A stretch of 64,000 nt of DNA, taken from positions 1,334 to 65,333 of IMG/VR virus record IMGVR_UViG_3300044621_001461, one strand, 5' to 3'. The stretch's first letter is position 1; every line of letters begins with the position of its first letter. Position numbers and translations under genes: made by a program. The notes beneath the pieces were generated by a model, which was given only the letters and a program-made list of their open reading frames with translations, was not told the DNA's origin and did not search any database. Shown one piece after another: positions 38,540-46,780 of this stretch. The DNA comes from a virus. Its lineage: Duplodnaviria > Caudoviricetes.

Positions 38540-39124
38540 TTCTAGATTCTTATCAAACATCATCACATATCGGTGCTTGCGGGAGCGGTCTTTCCATTCT
38601 CCTTCAGCACCTTTTACTTTTCCACGAGAGTGTTTAGTTCCGTCTGAATAATAGAAATCTTTTTTAGGGTCTGTGAGACCTACATACTTAAAGTTACAAG
38701 CACGATAAATTGTACCAGAATGGTAATCTGAATCAGCATAAGAAATGATTGCTTTAACTTCAGTATCTTTCCGAAGTTGTCTAATCGCTCGTGACACAAA
38801 CCAAGAAGTGATGTTATATTCGCATGACTGCGTACTAGGTTCGATGCAAAGTCTTGAGAGTTCGAAGAGTCCTTGTTGTTCATTTCGTTCTAATCCAAAA
38901 GCACCTTGTGCTATTTCTGGTACTGGTAAGTTTGTAAAAACGCAGGCACCTAATGATCCGCCAATATTCATTATATCTGTAAAAGATTTTTTATACAAAG
39001 AATAATTATATCCGCTTTTGAAATCTTTTGATATATCTTTAAGATAATGATGATTATATAATAATTCTTTTATTTCTGATTTTGGAACTTTTTGAATATA
39101 ATAATCACTTTTCATAAAAAACAC
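38525..39124 (-). CDS. Mom-like (GNAT-fold) DNA modification protein
   Basis: HHYL, ELSRLC, SWFVSRAI, IISYAD...H.GTIY.A.NF.Y.G, KHRY. Confidence 0.75.
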   Translation of the reverse strand: MFFMKSDYYIQKVPKSEIKELLYNHHYLKDISKDFKSGYNYSLYKKSFTDIMNIGGSLGACVFTNLPVPEIAQGAFGLERNEQQGLFELSRLCIEPSTQSCEYNITSWFVSRAIRQLRKDTEVKAIISYADSDYHSGTIYRACNFKYVGLTDPKKDFYYSDGTKHSRGKVKGAEGEWKDRSRKHRYVMMFDKNLELKWI

Positions 39125-39776
39125 TATACTTGTAAATATAATATTTTGATCTACCAGTCATTTTTACAGCATCTTTTATGCAATCATATACTACACCATT
39201 ATAGCATAGTTTTCTCGCTCTTGGATTTTTGCCTCCCATTATATCTGAATTTTGAATACCATTATTCCAAGGTTTTCTTCCCTTACAAGAATCACTTATT
39301 TTTTTCCTAACTTCTGGTCTTTTAGTCGGATTTTTATCTCCAACTAATTTTCCTCTTGCCCTTAAACCTTTTTCTATATCCGATTGCTTTCTTTTTTCGG
39401 TCATAGTTTTTGGAGTTCCTCTATTTGCTTCTGCAATTTTTCTTTTATGAGATTCGGATAAAGGTTTTCCAAGTCTTGCTTTTTTTCTGTTTTGAATATC
39501 TTGTTCGGTCATTACTTTTTTAGAGCATCCTTTTCCACCATCAGTTTTGTTATGAAGAATACCTGTTCCTAAATCTTTTCTACCAAAGATTGAAATCATA
39601 TAAATTTCGTGTCTAAATGCCTCTTCTTCGGAAAGATTTTTCTTTAAGAATAAAATTCTCTTTTTTGATGGTGGATAAAAACCACTATGCTTTAAAAATG
39701 CTCTTCTACCCTTTCCTTTCCCAATATAGTAAGGAGTTCCATCTTCACGCAAGTATGCGTAAGTGTAGTATTCCAT
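39105..39776 (-). CDS. GIY-YIG-like homing endonuclease with NUMOD3
   Basis: YYTYAYLREDGTPYYIGKG, EEEAFRHE, ILHNKTDGG, LSESHKRKI, PWNNG. Confidence 0.88.
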   Translation of the reverse strand: MEYYTYAYLREDGTPYYIGKGKGRRAFLKHSGFYPPSKKRILFLKKNLSEEEAFRHEIYMISIFGRKDLGTGILHNKTDGGKGCSKKVMTEQDIQNRKKARLGKPLSESHKRKIAEANRGTPKTMTEKRKQSDIEKGLRARGKLVGDKNPTKRPEVRKKISDSCKGRKPWNNGIQNSDIMGGKNPRARKLCYNGVVYDCIKDAVKMTGRSKYYIYKYSVFYEK

Positions 39777-39811
39777 CTGCTTCTAAATTAAGGTCGCAAT
39801 AGTATTTATAA

Positions 39812-39866
39812 TAAAATAGGGTGGATTTCTCCACCCTTCTCTAAAAGTGCGACCTTATTAGAGCAT
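39812..39866 (-). ncRNA. Putative antisense sRNA C (cognate to endonuclease 39105..39776)
   Basis: TAAATA 39870-39875; hairpin CTCTAA/TTAGAG with loop TAAGGTCGCACTT; terminator AGGGTGGAGAAATCCACCCT; complementary to leader 39778-39798; second TATAAATA 39803-39810. Confidence 0.72.
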
Positions 39867-39879
39867 TAATATTTAGACA

Positions 39880-40806
39880 TCAATCATCAGATGCTAATTT
39901 TGCGAAATACGACAACGCATCATCGTCCTCATCTTCCTCAACCGCAGCAGCACGGCGGGTGGGTTGAAGATTGTTGAGTTCGGTGCGAAGATCTTCATCA
40001 AGATCTTTCGCAGGACCACGGGAATAGGTCTCTTCTTCAGCAACTTCTTCATCCACACGGCGGGAACCTTTGGAACCCAACACATAGTCAAGACGCTTCT
40101 TCAATTCATCATAAGACTTGAACTGATCAGCAGCAACAAGTTCAGCAAGAGAATATTGCTTCTTCCAGATTGCTTCCATTGCATCATCGTCGTCCAGCAA
40201 AGCACCTTGTGCGGCAAACTCACTGGAATCATAGTTGCGATAACCAGCAACGTTCTTTGCCTTCAGTTTGAAGTTAGCACCTTGCCAGAAATCAAACGGA
40301 TCAATTGCTTCCTCATCTTCAAACTCAGGTTGCATTGCAGCAGTCAGTTTGTCAAAGATCTTCTTACCAAACTTATACAGGAAGACCTTACCTTCGTTGG
40401 AGGGATTAGCAGGGTCCTTCACAACGTAAATGTTGGAGATATAAGTCAGTTTACGCTTCTGCTTGCGGGCAAGTTCCTTACCAGCATCAGTGCCGTTGTT
40501 CCAGAGTTCAGAGTTCAGTTCCGACACAGGATCCTTCTGACCCAGAGTAGTCAAACTTGATTCTATATACCATCCGCCAGGACCTTGAAATGCGTGACTG
40601 TAGAGTTTCACGAATGGTAGGTCCTCACCATTCGGAGCAGGAAGAAAACGAATAACAGCGAATCCATTACCTGCTTTATCACATTCTAAACGCCATACAC
40701 GTTCATCGGAGGAAGAACTTGAGGAATTCATCTTCTCAACTTCCTTAACAAGTTTGGCGGTAAGATTACCGAGTTTGGATTGTTTTTTAAGATTTTGAAA
40801 GCTCAT
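39880..40806 (-). CDS. gp32: Single-stranded DNA-binding protein gp32
   Basis: GNGFAVIRFLP, HAFQGPGGWYIE, FGKKIFDK, GANFKLK, NYDSS.F, acidic C-terminal tail. Confidence 0.97.
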   Translation of the reverse strand: MSFQNLKKQSKLGNLTAKLVKEVEKMNSSSSSSDERVWRLECDKAGNGFAVIRFLPAPNGEDLPFVKLYSHAFQGPGGWYIESSLTTLGQKDPVSELNSELWNNGTDAGKELARKQKRKLTYISNIYVVKDPANPSNEGKVFLYKFGKKIFDKLTAAMQPEFEDEEAIDPFDFWQGANFKLKAKNVAGYRNYDSSEFAAQGALLDDDDAMEAIWKKQYSLAELVAADQFKSYDELKKRLDYVLGSKGSRRVDEEVAEEETYSRGPAKDLDEDLRTELNNLQPTRRAAAVEEDEDDDALSYFAKLASDD

Positions 40807-40860
40807 TTTGGATTACTTTGGATAAATTGGATTTGTCGGATTTGGTTTTGCGACAACTTT

Positions 40861-40889
40861 ATTATAGAAGACCTATAAAGGGATGTCAA
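40861..40889 (-). promoter_or_regulatory. sigma70 promoter of gp32
   Basis: TTGACA-N17-TATAAT; -35 overlaps the HNH stop codon. Confidence 0.8.
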
Positions 40890-41386
40890 GCCCTGGTCCA
40901 ACCTTTATGCTGTTTTCTGCCATACTTTCCTCTTAATGTAGAAGTCATGGCACCTTGATCTAAATTATTTTCAATACAAAATTGTTTTAAGTTTGTTGTA
41001 GTATGAATTTTTCCAGTAGGATCTTTTAACCTCCAAGTAATTGGATTTTTAATGTACTTATTTTTTCTTGATATTCTACCGTGTAAGGAGCACAAAGAAA
41101 TATTTTCAGATTGAGTTCCCCATTTCAAATTATTAATATTATTATTTTTTGGATTATCATCTAAATGAAGAACATTTGGATAATTGTTTGGATTTTCTAA
41201 AAAAGATTTTGCTACTAAACGATGAATATATGAAGAAACCCATTTTCCTTCATCACTTTTAATAGATACAAACTTATATCCACAATTATTTTCATAAGAA
41301 TTTATATAATCTTTTTTAGATAAAGAAAATACCTTTCCAGTATCTTCAATAAGATAATTAGAAAATCCTTCTATTTTATTAAACAT
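40886..41386 (-). CDS. NUMOD4-HNH homing endonuclease
   Basis: IEGFSNY.I...G.V, HRLVA..FL.NP.NYP.V.H.DDN..NN...NL.W.T..EN, QHKGW. Confidence 0.9.
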   Translation of the reverse strand: MFNKIEGFSNYLIEDTGKVFSLSKKDYINSYENNCGYKFVSIKSDEGKWVSSYIHRLVAKSFLENPNNYPNVLHLDDNPKNNNINNLKWGTQSENISLCSLHGRISRKNKYIKNPITWRLKDPTGKIHTTTNLKQFCIENNLDQGAMTSTLRGKYGRKQHKGWTRA

Positions 41387-41447
41387 ATTAGTTAGTGTCT
41401 TTTACTATATTTATTTAGTAAATGACATTATTATAGCAAAGATACCC

Positions 41448-41780
41448 TCAGCGGTCAATGAATTGCTTGAGAGACTCAATGGTTTTAGTCATACTGCCAA
41501 ATAATATACTCATATCAGTTTCTGGGGGAAATCCCATCAGTGCCACTGATTTGCGTAGGTTCTCTTTCATTTCAATCGCCTTTGGATCATCTGAAAGAGA
41601 TAACCTAGTATACATCACTCTTTGCTTTTCTAGCAAGAGTTCAAGTTTTTCAATGTGTTCCAGTTTGGTCTCGCGGGACATTGCACCAAAAGTAAGAATA
41701 CTTCCGTAAATTTCTTCTTGCAACTTGTTAATTTCTTTCAGTTCATCCTGAATAATATTGGAGTCAAAAAAGTTACTCAT
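41448..41780 (-). CDS. Conserved cyanophage protein (DUF1825-like)
   Basis: FFDS..IQ.EL, EKQ.VMYTRLSLSDDP.A. Confidence 0.75.
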   Translation of the reverse strand: MSNFFDSNIIQDELKEINKLQEEIYGSILTFGAMSRETKLEHIEKLELLLEKQRVMYTRLSLSDDPKAIEMKENLRKSVALMGFPPETDMSILFGSMTKTIESLKQFIDR

Positions 41781-42369
41781 CTATAATTGTCCTTAAAATC
41801 TTTTTAAACTGGAATACATCCGTATTTAGGAATGGTGTATATTTTTTGATTTTTAAACTTACGGTTTCCCACACTGGATCTAGCAATTTCTTATCAAAAT
41901 CTTTTGAGAAATGGAATATTTTTTCGTAGATTGTTAAGGTTTCTAGCGACAATTGCCCGCTTAGAAACTTTTTGAGGACTGGTGGATGCCCTTTGGAACA
42001 ATTCAAGGCATCCTCTAATTTGGTCTCCAAGAAGAATTCGTTGCTTTGTTCCTTGAATAAGTAAGTCAAACTCTGTTGTCTCCGCATCCAATCTGCGTAA
42101 GTCCTTTCTCCAGAGTTGATAATTTCTCCAATCCATATTTGATTTACGCTAGTAGATTCTACAAAGTTTGCAACCAAGAAATTAACAATCTCTTCGTCCT
42201 TATACTTTCGACTTGTTTTTTCGAACCAGTATTTATCGGTTCGACGGTTAAACGATGTTACAGACGCACGGACTTTTTTATTATATTTGAAGTAATCATA
42301 TTTTGGATTACTAAAATGCGATTTCAAAGCAAGGTATTCACAATAAACTTGATATGGAGACACCTTCAA
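41773..42369 (-). CDS. gp59: Helicase loader gp59
   Basis: YLALK.HF...KYDYFKY, F..R.DKY.FEK, HP..LK, SLETL; TTGACT-N17-TATGAT promoter at 42421-42393. Confidence 0.88.
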   Translation of the reverse strand: MKVSPYQVYCEYLALKSHFSNPKYDYFKYNKKVRASVTSFNRRTDKYWFEKTSRKYKDEEIVNFLVANFVESTSVNQIWIGEIINSGERTYADWMRRQQSLTYLFKEQSNEFFLETKLEDALNCSKGHPPVLKKFLSGQLSLETLTIYEKIFHFSKDFDKKLLDPVWETVSLKIKKYTPFLNTDVFQFKKILRTIIDE

Positions 42370-42417
42370 TTTATTACATTACAATCGTATGTATCATACC
42401 ACGCTTCTGGAGTGAAG

Positions 42418-42906
42418 TCAATCTGCCTTTTCAAGTTTTTTCTGGTGATAAAGTTCTCGTTTGCGTTGATTTAATCTATCTTTATTTTTAGCACGCCAAG
42501 CACGCTCTGTCTCACGACGCCTCTCTATTCTTTTGTCTCTCCACGCTTTCACCCTCTCTGGGTTTGCGTGGTAATATTTCTTATTATACTCACGCATATA
42601 TTCTTTCTTATGCTTCTCACGCAATATAGGGTCAAGCGGCAAACTTGAGCCATTTTTTCCGCCATCGTGTATATTAATTAGTATTCCACCATCACATTTT
42701 CTACCATAGACAGAGATTAACCATTCTTCGAATATGTAGGCATCTTCTTCAATATCAAAATATTTTATAATCTTAATTCTGTCTTTATCGACAGGGCATA
42801 TATCTCCGCCACCTCTAATATGAGGATTATAGCACCTTCTACCAATACCTTTACCAACATAATAAGGAGTCATATCCTCTCTCAAATAGAGATAAACGTA
42901 ATACAT
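42418..42906 (-). CDS. GIY-YIG-like homing endonuclease
   Basis: YYVYLYLREDMTPYYVGKG, A..FE..LI..YGRK..GGILIN..DGG; basic C-terminus; start at 42906 by analogy with the other cassettes. Confidence 0.82.
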   Translation of the reverse strand: MYYVYLYLREDMTPYYVGKGIGRRCYNPHIRGGGDICPVDKDRIKIIKYFDIEEDAYIFEEWLISVYGRKCDGGILINIHDGGKNGSSLPLDPILREKHKKEYMREYNKKYYHANPERVKAWRDKRIERRRETERAWRAKNKDRLNQRKRELYHQKKLEKAD

Positions 42907-42942
42907 TTCTGCTCTTAACTTAGGTGACATAAGTATTTATAC

Positions 42943-42999
42943 AAGAAAAGGGCATCAAGTGCCCTCCTCTACCTGAAAAGTGTCACCTAAGTCAGGCAT
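42943..42999 (-). ncRNA. Putative antisense sRNA D (cognate to endonuclease 42418..42906)
   Basis: TAAATA 43003-43008; hairpin TGCCTGA/TCAGGTA with loop CTTAGGTGACACTTT; terminator AGGGCACTTGATGCCCT-TTT; complementary to leader 42910-42929; second TATAAATA 42934-42941. Confidence 0.72.
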
Positions 43000-43015
43000 C
43001 ATTATTTAGTTATAA

Positions 43016-43276
43016 TCACAAAGGCAATTTTGCTCTCGATGTTTTTTTCATAAAATTAAGATTGATAGCATCATATTTCAATCTTTCTTTCAGAGGTTTT
43101 GAAATAAGTTTTGTTACTGAATCTACCTCAAGATTATTGATTTCACAATAATGACAAATAGCATCAATGTAATTCATATTTTCACTTGACACAATGTGCT
43201 CTATTTCAAGAGAAAACTTGGAAGGTGTAAGAAACTTATTTTCTATAACTTGTTCTAATTCTTTATTTGGTTCCAT
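43016..43276 (-). CDS. gp33: Late-promoter transcription co-activator gp33
   Basis: FS.EIE, YIDAI..YC..N, KLISKPLKE.L..DA..LNF. Confidence 0.88.
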   Translation of the reverse strand: MEPNKELEQVIENKFLTPSKFSLEIEHIVSSENMNYIDAICHYCEINNLEVDSVTKLISKPLKERLKYDAINLNFMKKTSRAKLPL

Positions 43277-43946
43277 ATGATTCCAGTTTATCTCTAACAA
43301 ACTCTCTAATGTATTCGGTGAGTAGTTTGATGTACTTTGATTTGTCTCTTTCTTCATAGACGACGCATTCTCCATTTTCGCAAGCCATAATGATTACAAG
43401 TTTTTTAACTGAAATACCAGTCAGTTCGTAAAGCATACACCCATATGCCATACATTGAACAAAATAATGTTCGATCCACTCGCGTGGTTTTGGTTTTTTA
43501 GAAGTCTTGAAGTCTATGATTGCCAATTCGCCATTGTATTCTGCAATACAATCGACGGTTCCCGCAATACCTAATTGCTTACTATATAGGGAACCTTCAA
43601 GAGCGTGAATATTATTTATATTCTTGAGAGTTGACTTAGAAATATTGAACAGAAACTCTGAGATTGGAAGAATATCCGTAGGAAGATCTTGATTTTTCAG
43701 AAAATACTCTGTAAGAGTATGCATATCCGTACCACGACTTGTTGCAAGTTTTGTGATACGGTCTGCTTCCTTATCTCCAACTTTCTTACGCCACTTCACA
43801 AAGATTTCTTTGTTAAAATGACTTGTAACAGAAGTAATTGAAACAAGTTTGAGTAGTTCTTCTTCCTCTGGAATTGAATAATATCGAACACCATCTATAG
43901 TCTCCCGTTCAAGTTTCGGAAGAATCAAATCAACGTGATTGAACAT
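43263..43946 (-). CDS. PD-(D/E)XK exonuclease (Cas4-like phage family)
   Basis: SITSV, W...VG...A, RGT.MH...E, E..LYS..L..AG.VDC, IIDFKTS, Q..AY. Confidence 0.88.
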   Translation of the reverse strand: MFNHVDLILPKLERETIDGVRYYSIPEEEELLKLVSITSVTSHFNKEIFVKWRKKVGDKEADRITKLATSRGTDMHTLTEYFLKNQDLPTDILPISEFLFNISKSTLKNINNIHALEGSLYSKQLGIAGTVDCIAEYNGELAIIDFKTSKKPKPREWIEHYFVQCMAYGCMLYELTGISVKKLVIIMACENGECVVYEERDKSKYIKLLTEYIREFVRDKLESYGTK

Positions 43947-44701
43947 TAAAAACCTGCTTCTAGTTTTGCAATAATATATTCCTTGACAAGTCCAGAACGA
44001 ACAATATCATCAACACCAAACTCAATTATATCAAAAGATGGCATTTTACGCAAGACTGTCATAAAATCTACAATACCATTTCGCTCATTGGTCTTTTGTA
44101 AATCTGATTGGGTAGCGTCACCACAGAACATAATTTTTGAGTTTTCGCCAACACGAGTGATAATGGAATCAAGCTCATGATATGACATGTTTTGGAACTC
44201 ATCTACAATAATGATAGAATTATCAAGCGTGGTTCCTCTTAAGAATGAAGTACTCCAGAACTTAATTGTTTCTTGAGACTTTAAGTTGCCGTAAAGCATC
44301 TCGAACTCAGCATCAGAAGGCATTTGGAACATATACTTCACCATATTCTTATAAGGAATCTGGTAGATATCTGATTTGTCCTCATAGGAACCAGGAAGAA
44401 AACCAATTTCTCTGGTGGCAACTAAAGAACGAACGAGATAGATTTTCTCATAAGGAGTTCTTTCATCAAGAACTTCACGAAGAGCATTATAAAGAGTGAT
44501 GAAAGTCTTACCTGTTCCTGCACATCCATAAGCAACTAAATGCTTTTGTTTTGAATAAGATTCAAAAAGTTTTCTTTGATTGTCTGTGAGTGGGTCAATA
44601 TCTAACAGATATTCACTTCCGAGTGCCTTCTTTCTTTTCATTTGACGGGTTGTAAGACCAACACCGATTGGTTGGTCATTCGTCCTTTTTCTTCTTGCCA
44701 T
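43946..44701 (-). CDS. phoH: PhoH-family ATPase
   Basis: GCAGTGKT, IGFLPG, FLRGTT, VDE.QN, GD..QSDL, DIVRS.LV. Confidence 0.95.
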   Translation of the reverse strand: MARRKRTNDQPIGVGLTTRQMKRKKALGSEYLLDIDPLTDNQRKLFESYSKQKHLVAYGCAGTGKTFITLYNALREVLDERTPYEKIYLVRSLVATREIGFLPGSYEDKSDIYQIPYKNMVKYMFQMPSDAEFEMLYGNLKSQETIKFWSTSFLRGTTLDNSIIIVDEFQNMSYHELDSIITRVGENSKIMFCGDATQSDLQKTNERNGIVDFMTVLRKMPSFDIIEFGVDDIVRSGLVKEYIIAKLEAGF

Positions 44702-44702
44702 A

Positions 44703-44945
44703 TTAGAGTTTCTTTACGGTTGAACCAGGTGCTTTTGATGCTTTCTCTAGGACAGTATTCCACGAAGGGTGTTTTGAGGTTAATTTATTCCTCCACTCAC
44801 CAACTTCCCCTGGTGTAGCACATCCTTGACTCCAATCTCTGGTCCAGTCAGGATTGTCCTTATACCATTGCATAATATCATTGACACTCATTTCAATGAC
44901 TTTCGTTTCACCTGTTTCTTTGTTAATAAGAGGATAAATTGCCAT
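44703..44945 (-). CDS. Conserved T4-like small protein (FmdB-like N-terminus)
   Basis: MA.YP..NK.TGE, W..VL......PGS; upstream of phoH. Confidence 0.7.
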   Translation of the reverse strand: MAIYPLINKETGETKVIEMSVNDIMQWYKDNPDWTRDWSQGCATPGEVGEWRNKLTSKHPSWNTVLEKASKAPGSTVKKL

Positions 44946-44966
44946 AAGTTATAATTTCAAGATAAT

Positions 44967-45086
44967 TTATTTATTGTTTAAGTTTAATGATACTTTATTG
45001 ATATGATTTGTAAATTCTTCAATAGTTAAATCCCACTTCATTATGTTGCAAATTTTGCAACAAGGAACACAATTATCTTCCGTATA
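44967..45086 (-). pseudogene. C-terminal remnant of an HNH endonuclease overlapping the end of thyX
   Basis: Manual translation YTEDNCVPCCKICNIMKWDLTIEEFTNHINKV...*, with no start codon of its own. Confidence 0.7.
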
Positions 45087-45732
45087 ATGACCATTCTGCT
45101 TCACCACCTAATGCTTCATAGCAAGTGGGAAACTGTTCGGCAAAAACTGCTTTACACGCCTTAGCAATGTCCATATGCTCTTTCTGTGTTCCCGATTTTT
45201 CGCGGAGAGCAATGTATGTTATCCAGCTACGACAAGAACCCGTCATATAAATGCGCGTAGGGGTCGCCAGAGGCAGTACAAAGCGAGCACACTCTTTGGC
45301 AATGCCGTGATCCAGAAGTTCTTTGTAGAGGCGCATAGAGTGTGCAAAATGGTCTTGGATCTTGCTCTGCAATGTCAGTTTCTCATACTCAGGAACATCA
45401 TCAATCGAGTTCTGACGATTCTTAGTGTCTTGACGACGCAACTCTGGAATAGGAATATATTCAGAAATCAGAGAACTATCGGCATAACGCTGCGAAAATT
45501 CCTGGAATGTGAATGAACGATGACGCAAAATTTGAGCAGCAATACCACGGGTAGTTTCAATCTCCAAAGTCATAGTAGACTGCTCAAACACAGACCAATG
45601 ATTATGCTTAATACAATAAGCAAGCAACTTGGCATAGTTCTCGTTGTCCTGATTAGCAGGATTAGAGACTCGTGCAATAAATGCCATTGTCTTTTCTGCA
45701 TCTGGTGTTACGCTAATGAGTTTTACTGTCAT
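45073..45732 (-). CDS. thyX: Flavin-dependent thymidylate synthase
   Basis: ARVSNP, HWSVFE, QILRHRSFTFQEFSQRY, KECARFVLP, GTQKEH. Confidence 0.96.
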   Translation of the reverse strand: MTVKLISVTPDAEKTMAFIARVSNPANQDNENYAKLLAYCIKHNHWSVFEQSTMTLEIETTRGIAAQILRHRSFTFQEFSQRYADSSLISEYIPIPELRRQDTKNRQNSIDDVPEYEKLTLQSKIQDHFAHSMRLYKELLDHGIAKECARFVLPLATPTRIYMTGSCRSWITYIALREKSGTQKEHMDIAKACKAVFAEQFPTCYEALGGEAEWSLYGR

Positions 45733-46293
45733 TTCTTTCCAAATCCTTTTGTTGTTTTTGCTTCTAGTTCTGCGAGTTCTTCTTTTACAAGTCGCAGTTG
45801 TTTTTTCATTTCTATAAGTTGCTCTGCTGAATATAAGTGGTCTTGTTTAGTCATTCTTTCAAGCAACTTTACAAGTTCTCTTGCTCTACTAGTCATCATC
45901 ATCCTCAAAAATTTCGTCGTAGTCTAAAATCTGTCTATTTTTTCCATTTGGTTCTGTGTGGGGGTATGCAGAAACATCAGAATAAATCTCTGCCTTCAAA
46001 GAGTCTAGCAAAAGTTCTAGATTACGAACAATGAGTTTTAGTTTGTCTCTGTCCATAAAATACCATTCTCTTGAGATATTTTAACATAAAAAAAGGAGGG
46101 GATCAACCCTTCCTCATATCAATCTTTACCATATTCAGTTCTTCAGTCGAATTTTGGGTCTATTCTACACTCTTTTGGTGAGATTTGTTTAATCTCCCAA
46201 ATGAGATCATTACGAGTTTGTTTTGGCATCTCTGCTGTAAAAACTCGTTTGGAAATCAATTGTGCTTGCAGACAAGTTAAAATAAGTACTTCC
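45729..46293 (-). other. Three small (<60 aa) conserved-looking ORFs (MTSRARELVKLLE..., MDRDKLKLIVRNL..., MEVLILTCLQAQL...) and a terminator near 46087-46113
   Basis: Manual translation; GAGGAAGGGTTGATCCCCTCC-TTTTTTT hairpin. Confidence 0.6.
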
Positions 46294-46426
46294 ATAGATG
46301 AATGATGAGAGTATCATACTCCCTTTCGCGGGTATTTAGTAAACTTTACTTATATAATACAATATAATTTTAGAAAACTTAATGCCTCAAAAATTTTGCC
46401 GGAAAAATTTCCCCCGATCTGGGAAA

Positions 46427-46780
46427 TCACTTTCGCTTTTTCTTTTCAGGTGATTTATATCCCCAGAGTTTTGGGTTGATTCTACCATACCCAAAACTCA
46501 TGCTCTGCAGGTTCTCACGAAATTTATCCCAGTACATATCAAACAAACGAATTTTTGTTCCCCTAGTAAGGTCAAAACAAATTTTATTATCTACAACATA
46601 TTCAATAATATATGCATCGTTCGGTGCTTCTTTAGTACAAACATCATCATACGAACCATTTTCAATCATAATTTCACAACCGTAGCGTGACTTACAGGTT
46701 TCTCTCTCTGCTGATGTCCAATGGTCCATATGCTTTTCCCGTGTTTTATCAATAACTTGACTCACGAACGTCCTCCCCAT
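46427..46780 (-). CDS. Conserved cyanophage hypothetical protein
   Basis: FD.YWDK, G..NPKLWG motifs. Confidence 0.7.
   Translation of the reverse strand: MGRTFVSQVIDKTREKHMDHWTSAERETCKSRYGCEIMIENGSYDDVCTKEAPNDAYIIEYVVDNKICFDLTRGTKIRLFDMYWDKFRENLQSMSFGYGRINPKLWGYKSPEKKKRK

Noticed and set aside
42907-42930. Track start MSPKLRAE for nuclease D
   Set aside because: That ATG lies at the start of the late transcript within the paired leader; the other three cassettes place the start after AGCA, giving 42906.
9806-43002. Leader peptides starting at the ATG that opens each sRNA cassette
   Set aside because: Frames are 20, 11, 2 and 14 codons with no peptide shared by all four, whereas base-pairing is conserved.
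43263-43946. Cas4-like nuclease as evidence of CRISPR-Cas
   Set aside because: Standard T4-like exonuclease between phoH and gp33; no array or other cas genes.
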